DNA from: Eledone cirrhosa | Lineage: Eukaryota | Length of the DNA: 64,000 nucleotides | Direction: 5' to 3' | Assembly: GCA_964016885.1 (NCBI GenBank) | Contig: OZ024740.1 | Coordinates: 296,360,001-296,424,000, forward strand | Part shown: one piece after another, positions 56,687 to 64,000 of the stretch | How the letters are laid out: each line of letters opens with the position of its first letter | Numbering within the stretch: the first letter of the stretch is position 1 | Program-made: the position numbers and the translations under genes | Notes under the pieces: model-generated | What the model was told of the DNA's origin: nothing | The model's input: the letters and a program-made list of their open reading frames with translations, nothing else | Databases searched by the model: none

Positions 56687-57549
56687 CATTTTTTATTTGG
56701 GTGATCCATTTTTTATTTGGGGAATCCATTTTTTATTTGGGTGATGCAGTTTTTGTTTGGGTGATCCATTTTTTATTTGGGGGATCCATTTTTTATTTGG
56801 GTGATCCATATTTTATTTAGGGGATCCATTTTTTATTTGGGTGATCCATTTTTTATTTGGGTGATCCATTTTTTATTTGGGTGATCCATTTTTTATTTTG
56901 GGGATCCATTTTTTATTTGGGTGATCCATTTTTTATTTGGGTGATGCATTTTTTATTTGGGTGATCCATTTTTTATTTGGGGGATCCATTTTTTATTTGG
57001 GTGATCCATTTTTTATTTTGGGGATCCATTTTTTATTTGGGTGATCCATTTTTTTATTTGGGGGATCCATTTTTTATTTGGGTGATCCATTTTTTATTTG
57101 GGGGATCCATTTTTTATTTGGGTGATCCATTTTTTATTTGGGGGATCCATTTTTTATTCGGGGGATCCATTTTTTATTTGGGTGATCCATTTTTTATTTG
57201 GGTGATCCATTTTTTATTTGGGGGATCCATTTTTTATTTCGGTGATCCATTTTTTATTTGGGTGATCCATTCTTTATGTGGGTGATCCATTTTTGATTTG
57301 AGGGATCCATTTTTTATTTGGGTGGTCCATTTTTTATTTGGGTGATCCATTTTTTATTTGGGTGATCCATTTTTTATTTGGGTGATCCATTTTTTATTTG
57401 GGTGATCCATTTTTTATTTGGGGGATCCATTTTTTATTTGTGTGATCCATTTTATATTTGGGGGATCCATTTTTTATTTGGGTATTCATTTTTTATTTGG
57501 GGGATCCATTTTTTATTTGGGGGTCCCATTTTTTATTTGGGGGATCCAT

Positions 57550-57625
57550 CAAACAAAAAATGGATCACCCAAATAAAAAATGGATCACCCAAATAAAAAA
57601 TGGACCCCCAAACAAAAAATGGATC
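57550..57625 (-). repeat. Inverted island, class D
   Basis: 4 reverse monomers. Confidence 0.95.
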
Positions 57626-59664
57626 CATTTTTTATTTGGGGGATCCATTTTTTATTTGGATGATCCATTTTTTATTTGGGGGATCCATTTTTTATTTGGG
57701 CGATCCAATTTTTATTTGGGTGATCCATTTTTTATTTGGGTGATCCATTTTTTATTTGGGTGATCCATTTTTTATTTGGGGGATCCATTTTTTATTTGTG
57801 TGATCCATTTTATATTTGGGGGATCCATTTTTTATTTGGCAGATACATTTTTTATTTGGGGGAACCATTTTTTATTTGGGTGATCCATTTTTTATTTGGG
57901 GGATCCATTTTTTATTTGGGTGATACATTTTTTATTTGGGGGATCCATTTTTTATTTGGGTGATCCATTTTTTATTTGGGTGATCCATTTTTTATTTGGG
58001 AGATCCATTTTTTATTTTGGTGATCCATTTTTTATTTGTTGGATCCATTTTTTATTTGGGGGATCTATTTTTATTTGGGGGACCCTATTTTTATTTGGGG
58101 GATCCATTTTACATTTGGGTGATCCATTTTACATTTGGGTGATCCATTTTTTATTTGGGTGATCCATTTTTTATTTGGTGGATCCATTTTTTATTTGGGG
58201 TATCCATTTTTTATTTGGGTGATCCATTTTTTATTTCGGGGATCCATTTTTTATTTGGGTGATCCATTTTTTATTTGGGTGATCCATTTTTTATTTGGGT
58301 GATCCATTTTTTATTTGGGTGATCCATTTTTTATTTGTTGGATCCATTTTTTATTTGGGGGATCTATTTTTTATTTGGGGGTTTCATTTTTTATTTGGGG
58401 GATCCATTTTACATTTGGGTGATCCATTTTTTATTTGGGTGATCCATTTTTTATTTGGGGGATCCATTTTTTATTTGGGTGATCCATTTTTTATTTGGGT
58501 GATCCAGTTTTTGTTTGGGTGATCCATTTTTTATTTGGGGGATCCATTTTTTATTTGGGTGATCCATTTTTTATTTGTTGGATCCATTTTTTATTTGGGG
58601 GATCCATTTTTTATTTGGGGGATCCATTTTTTATTTGGGGGATCCATTTTTTATTTGGGGGATCCATTTTTTATTTGGGGGATCCATTTTTTATTTGGGT
58701 GATCCATTTTTTATTTGGGGGATCCATTTTTTATTTAGCTGATCCATTTTTTAGTTGGGTGATCCATTTTTATTTGGGGGATCCATTTTTTATTTGTGTG
58801 ATCCATTTTTTATTTGGCGGATCCATTTTTATTTGGGGGATCCATTTTTTATTTGTGTGATCCATTTTTTATTTGGCAGATCCATTTTTTATTTGGGGGA
58901 TCCATTTTTTATTTGGGTGGTCCATTTTTTATTTGGGGGATCCATTTTTTATTTGGGTGATCCATTTTTTATTTGGGGGATCCATTTTTTATTTGGGTGA
59001 TCCATTTTTTATTTGGGTGATCCATATTTTATTTGGGTGATCCATTTTTTATTTCGGGGATCCATTTTTTATTTGGGTGATCCATTTTTTATTTGGGTGA
59101 TCCATTTTTTATTTGGGTGATCCATTTTTTATTTGTTGGATCCATTTTTTATTTGGGGGATCTATTTTTTATTTGGGGGTTCCATTTTTTATTTGGGGGA
59201 TCCATTTTACATTTGGGTGATCCATTTTTTATTTGGGTGATCCATTTTTTATTTGGGGGATCCATTTTTTGTTTGGGTTATCCATCTTTTATTTGGGGGA
59301 TCCATTTTGTATTTGGGTGATCCATTTTTTATTTTGGGGATCCATTTTTTATTTGGGGGATCCATTTTTTATTTGGGTGATCCATTTTTTATTTGGGTGA
59401 TCCATTTTTTTATTTGTGGATCCATTTTTTATTTGTGGGATCCATTTTTTATTTGGGGGTTCCATTTTTTATTTGGGGGATCCATTTTACATTTGGGTGA
59501 TCCATTTAGTAATTGGGTGATCCATTTTTTATTTGGGGGATCCATTTTTTATTTGGGTGATCCATTTTTTATTTGGGTGATCCCTTTTTTATTTGGGTGA
59601 TCCATTTTTTATTTGGGGGATCCATTTTTATTTGGGGGTTCCATTTTTTATTTGGGGGATCCAT

Positions 59665-59701
59665 CAAATAAAAAATGGATCACCCAAATAAAAAATGGAT
59701 C
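59665..59701 (-). repeat. Inverted island, class H
   Basis: 2 reverse monomers. Confidence 0.95.
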
Positions 59702-60544
59702 CATTTTTTATTTGGGTGATCCATTTTTTATTTGGGGAATCCATTTTTTATTTGGGTGATGCAGTTTTTGTTTGGGTGATCCATTTTTTATTTGGGGGAT
59801 CCATTTTTTATTTGGGTGATCCATATTTTATTTAGGGGATCCATTTTTTATTTGGGTGATCCATTTTTTATTTGGGTGATCCATTTTTTATTTGGGTGAT
59901 CCATTTTTTATTTTGGGGATCCATTTTTTATTTGGGTGATCCATTTTTTATTTGGGTGATGCATTTTTTATTTGGGTGATCCATTTTTTATTTGGGTGAT
60001 CCATTTTTTATTTTGGGGATCCATTTTTTATTTGGGTGATCCATTTTTTTATTTGGGGGATCCATTTTTTATTTGGGTGATCCATTTTTTATTTGGGGGA
60101 TCCATTTTTTATTTGGGTGATCCATTTTTTATTTGGGGGATCCATTTTTTATTCGGGGGATCCATTTTTTATTTGGGTGATCCATTTTTTATTTGGGTGA
60201 TCCATTTTTTATTTGGGGGATCCATTTTTTATTTCGGTGATCCATTTTTTATTTGGGTGATCCATTCTTTATGTGGGTGATCCATTTTTGATTTGAGGGA
60301 TCCATTTTTTATTTGGGTGGTCCATTTTTTATTTGGGTGATCCATTTTTTATTTGGGTGATCCATTTTTTATTTGGGTGATCCATTTTTTATTTGGGTGA
60401 TCCATTTTTTATTTGGGGGATCCATTTTTTATTTGTGTGATCCATTTTATATTTGGGGGATCCATTTTTTATTTGGGTATTCATTTTTTATTTGGGGGAT
60501 CCATTTTTTATTTGGGGGTCCCATTTTTTATTTGGGGGATCCAT

Positions 60545-60620
60545 CAAACAAAAAATGGATCACCCAAATAAAAAATGGATCACCCAAATAAAAAATGGAC
60601 CCCCAAACAAAAAATGGATC
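60545..60620 (-). repeat. Inverted island, class D
   Basis: 4 reverse monomers. Confidence 0.95.
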
Positions 60621-61200
60621 CATTTTTTATTTGGGGGATCCATTTTTTATTTGGATGATCCATTTTTTATTTGGGGGATCCATTTTTTATTTGGGCGATC
60701 CAATTTTTATTTGGGTGATCCATTTTTTATTTGGGTGATCCATTTTTTATTTGGGTGATCCATTTTTTATTTGGGGGATCCATTTTTTATTTGTGTGATC
60801 CATTTTATATTTGGGGGATCCATTTTTTATTTGGGTATCCATTTCTTATTTGGGTGATCCATTTTTTATTTTGGGGATCCATTTTTTATTTGGGGGATCC
60901 ATTTTTTATTTGGGTGATCCATTTTTTATTTGGGTGATCCATTTTTTATTTGTGGATCCATTTTTTATTTGTGGGATCCATTTTTTATTTGGGGGTTCCA
61001 TTTTTTATTTGGGGGATCCATTTTACATTTGGGTGATCCATTTAGTAATTGGGTGATCCATTTTTAATTTGGGGGATCCATTTTTTATTTGGGTGATCCA
61101 TTTTTTATTTGGGTGATCCCTTTTTTATTTGGGTGATCCATTTTTTATTTGGGGGATCCATTTTTATTTGGGGGTTCCATTTTTTATTTGGGGGATCCAT

Positions 61201-61277
61201 CAAATAAAAAATGGATCACCCAAATAAAAAAGGGATCACCCAAATAAAAAATGGATCCCCCAAATAAAAAATGGATC
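61201..61277 (-). repeat. Inverted island, class E
   Basis: 4 reverse monomers. Confidence 0.95.
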
Positions 61278-62079
61278 CATTTTTTATTTGGGTGATCCAT
61301 TTTTTATTTGGGGAATCCATTTTTTATTTGGGTGATGCAGTTTTTGTTTGGGTGATCCATTTTTTATTTGGGGGATCCATTTTTTATTTGGGTGATCCAT
61401 ATTTTATTTAGGGGATCCATTTTTTATTTGGGTGATCCATTTTTTATTTGGGTGATCCATTTTTTATTTGGGTGATCCATTTTTTATTTTGGGGATCCAT
61501 TTTTTATTTGGGTGATCCATTTTTTATTTGGGTGATGCATTTTTTATTTGGGTGATCCATTTTTTATTTGGGGGATCCATTTTTTATTTGGGTGATCCAT
61601 TTTTTATTTTGGGGATCCATTTTTTATTTGGGTGATCCATTTTTTATTTGGGGGATCCATTTTTTATTTGGGTGATCCATTTTTTATTTGGGGGATCCAT
61701 TTTTTATTTGGGTGATCCATTTTTTATTTGGGGGATCCATTTTTTATTCGGGGGATCCATTTTTTATTTGGGTGATCCATTTTTTATTTGGGTGATCCAT
61801 TTTTTATTTGGGGGATCCATTTTTTATTTCGGTGATCCATTTTTTATTTGGGTGATCCATTTTTTATGTGGGTGATCCATTTTTGATTTGAGGGATCCAT
61901 TTTTTATTTGGGTGGTCCATTTTTTATTTGGGTGATCCATTTTTTATTTGGGTGATCCATTTTTTATTTGGGTGATCCATTTTTTATTTGGGTGATCCCT
62001 TTTTTATTTGGGTGATCCATTTTTTATTTGGGGGATCCATTTTTATTTGGGGGTTCCATTTTTTATTTGGGGGATCCGT

Positions 62080-62156
62080 CAAATAAAAAATGGATCACCC
62101 AAATAAAAAAGGGATCACCCAAATAAAAAATGGATCCCCCAAATAAAAAATGGATC
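62080..62156 (-). repeat. Inverted island, class E'
   Basis: 4 reverse monomers. Confidence 0.95.
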
Positions 62157-63794
62157 CATTTTTTATTTGGGTGATCCATTTTTTATTTGGGTGATCCATT
62201 TTTTATTTGTTGGATCCATTTTTTATTTGGGGGATCCATTTTTTAATTGGGGGTTCCATTTTTTATTTGGGAGATCCATTTTACATTTGGGTGATCCATT
62301 TTTTATTTGGGGGATCCATTTTTTATTTGGGTGATCCATTTTTTATTTGGGTGATCCAGTTTTTGTTTGGGTGATCCATTTTTTATTTGGGGGATCCATT
62401 TTTTATTTGGGTGATCCATTTTTTATTTGTTGGATCCATTTTTTATTTGGGGGATCCATTTTTTATTTGGGGGTTCCATTTTTTATTTGGGGGATCCATT
62501 TTACATTTGGGTGATCCATTTTTTATTTGGGTGATCCATTTTTTATTTGGGGTATCCATTTTTTATTTGGGGGATCCATTTTTTATTTGTGTGATCCATT
62601 TTTTATTTGGCGGATCCATTTTTTATTTGGGGGATCCATTTTTTATTTGGGGATCCATTTTTTATTTAGGTGATCCATTTTTTAGTTGGGTGATCCATTT
62701 TTATTTGGGGGATCCATTTTTTATTTGTGTGATCCATTTTTTATTTGGCGGATCCATTTTTATTTGGGGGATCCATTTTTTATTTGTGTGATCCATTTTT
62801 TATTTGGCAGATACATTTTTTATTTGGGGGAACCATTTTTTATTTGGGTGATCCATTTTTTATTTGGGGGATCCATTTTTTATTTGGGTGATACATTTTT
62901 TATTTGGGGGATCCATTTTTTATTTGGGTGATCCATTTTTTATTTGGGTGATCCATTTTTTATTTGGGAGATCCATTTTTTATTTTGGTGACCCATTTTT
63001 TATTTTGGTGATCCATTTTTTATTTGTTGGATCCATTTTTTATTTGGGGGATCTATTTTTATTTGGGGGACCCTATTTTTATTTGGGGGATCACTTTTAC
63101 ATTTGGGTGATCCATTTTACATTTGGGTGATCCATTTTTTATTTGGGTGATCCATTTTTTATTTGGTGGATCCATTTTTTATTTGGGGTATCCATTTTTT
63201 ATTTGGGTGATCCATTTTTTATTTCGGGGATGCATTTTTTATTTGGGTGATCCATTTTTTATTTGGGTGATCCATTTTTTATTTGGGTGATCCATTTTTT
63301 ATTTGTTGGATCCATTTTTTATTTGGGGGATCTATTTTTTATTTGGGGGTTCCATTTTTTATTTGGGGGATCCATTTTACATTTGGGTGATCCATTTTTT
63401 ATTTGGGTGATCCATTTTTTATTTGGGGGATCCATTTTTTATTTGGGTGGTCCATTTTTTATTTGGGTGATCCATTTTTTATTTGGGGGATCCATTTTAC
63501 ATTTGGGTGATCCATTTTTTATTTGGGTGATCCATTTTTGATTTGAGGGATCCATTTTTTATTTGGGTGGTCCATTTTTTATTTGGGTGATCCATTTTTT
63601 ATTTGGGTGATCCATTTTTTATTTGGGTGATCCATTTTTTATTTGGGTGATCCATTTTTTATTTGGGGGATCCATTTTTTATTTGTGTGATCCATTTTAT
63701 ATTTGGGGGATCCATTTTTTATTTGGGTATTCATTTTTTATTTGGGGGATCCATTTTTTATTTGGGGGTCCCATTTTTTATTTGGGGGATCCAT

Positions 63795-63870
63795 CAAACA
63801 AAAAATGGATCACCCAAATAAAAAATGGATCACCCAAATAAAAAATGGACCCCCAAACAAAAAATGGATC
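63795..63870 (-). repeat. Inverted island, class D
   Basis: 4 reverse monomers. Confidence 0.95.
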
Positions 63871-64000
63871 CATTTTTTATTTGGGGGATCCATTTTTTAT
63901 TTGGATGATCCATTTTTTATTTGGGGGATCCATTTTTTATTTGGGCGATCCAATTTTTATTTGGGTGATCCATTTTTTATTTGGGTGATCCATTTTTTAT

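Larger units (their letters stand above)
54810..60830 (+). repeat. Tandem duplication, period 3015 bp (2995 after a one-monomer loss)
   Basis: ORF pairs 54881/57896, 55480/58495, 56238/59253 (3015) and 57378/60373, 57458/60453 (2995). Boundaries approximate. Confidence 0.88.
59970..63440 (+). repeat. Long-range copy of about 39120-42590 (offset 20851 bp; islands D-E-E')
   Basis: ORF pairs 39522/60373, 40797/61648, 41536/62387, 42013/62864 all offset 20851; shared rare variants TTTAATTGGG, TTTTGGTGACCC, GATCACTTTTAC; shared 656-bp D-to-E spacing. Boundaries approximate. Confidence 0.9.
1..64000 (+). repeat. Tandem satellite array, 20-bp monomer CATTTTTTATTTGGG(G/T)GATC, about 3,200 copies, extending past both window ends
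   Basis: Every line repeats the same 20-mer. Two dominant variants (GGGT-GATC, GGGG-GATC) occur with recurrent minor variants (GTTG, GTGT, GGCG, GGCA, AGGT, GTTC, TTTTACAT, CAGTTTTTGT) and occasional 19/21-bp units from +/-1 in the T or G runs. Confidence 0.99.

Noticed and set aside
231-63841. Numerous 60-194 aa hydrophobic ORFs (GDPFFIWVIHFLFGGSIFYL repeats)
   Set aside because: These are translations of three 20-bp monomers cycling through frames. Most start at TTG and end wherever a T-variant TGA falls in frame. They overlap in several frames and are broken by 1-bp indels. The - strand has no ORFs because each monomer carries TAA. There is no coding signal.
1298-63870. Islands as MITEs, transposon ends or recombinase-invertible switches
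   Set aside because: They contain only satellite sequence, with no target-site duplication, internal unique DNA or recombinase gene. Copies co-vary with their flanks, so they spread by block duplication.
1-64000. CRISPR array
   Set aside because: Repeats abut directly, with no unique spacers, leader or cas genes.
1-64000. Telomerase-made telomeric repeat (T/G-rich strand, TTATTTGGG)
   Set aside because: Internal inversions, many heritable variants and kb-scale block duplications indicate recombinational amplification rather than templated addition. No chromosome end is visible and I do not recognise the unit as a known telomere motif.
1-64000. G-quadruplex array
   Set aside because: G3-G5 runs are separated by about 15-17 nt loops, well beyond typical stable G4 loop lengths. 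Possible but unsupported.
1-64000. Bacterial Dam/SeqA GATC cluster or plasmid iterons
   Set aside because: There are no replication genes or other prokaryotic context, and at least 64 kb of pure repeat is far beyond known iteron or origin arrays.
1-64000. Pure sequencing artefact (homopolymer errors, fold-back chimeras)
   Set aside because: The same indels, rare variants and island classes recur in identical context in copies many kb apart, which random error would not produce. Assembly mis-ordering of blocks cannot be excluded.
1-64000. Assignment to a named satellite family, species or centromere
   Set aside because: I cannot identify the monomer with confidence. A BLASTN/Dfam/Repbase search and CENH3 ChIP would be required.

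Overview
The whole 64 kb window is one uninterrupted tandem satellite array of about 3,200 copies of a 20-bp monomer, consensus CATTTTTTATTTGGG(G/T)GATC. It is very T-rich on the + strand, about 30-35% GC, and has a GATC every 20 bp. The array runs off both ends. I find no unique sequence, real gene, RNA gene, transposon or CRISPR array, and all listed ORFs are translation artefacts of the repeat. The array is structured in three ways. (1) By eye I count 48 short inverted islands of 2-4 reverse-complement monomers. They keep the 20-bp register, share one left junction (GATCCATCAAA/GATCCGTCAAA, GTTCCATCAAA once) and close in a spacerless palindrome centred on GGATCC, up to 70 bp perfect. (2) Rare variants inside the islands often mirror rare variants in nearby forward monomers, which suggests fold-back-templated conversion. 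(3) Diagnostic monomer variants show nested segmental duplications with offsets from 238 bp to about 24 kb rather than one fixed higher-order repeat. This is most consistent with eukaryotic heterochromatic, possibly centromeric, satellite DNA. The organism and function cannot be determined from the sequence alone.
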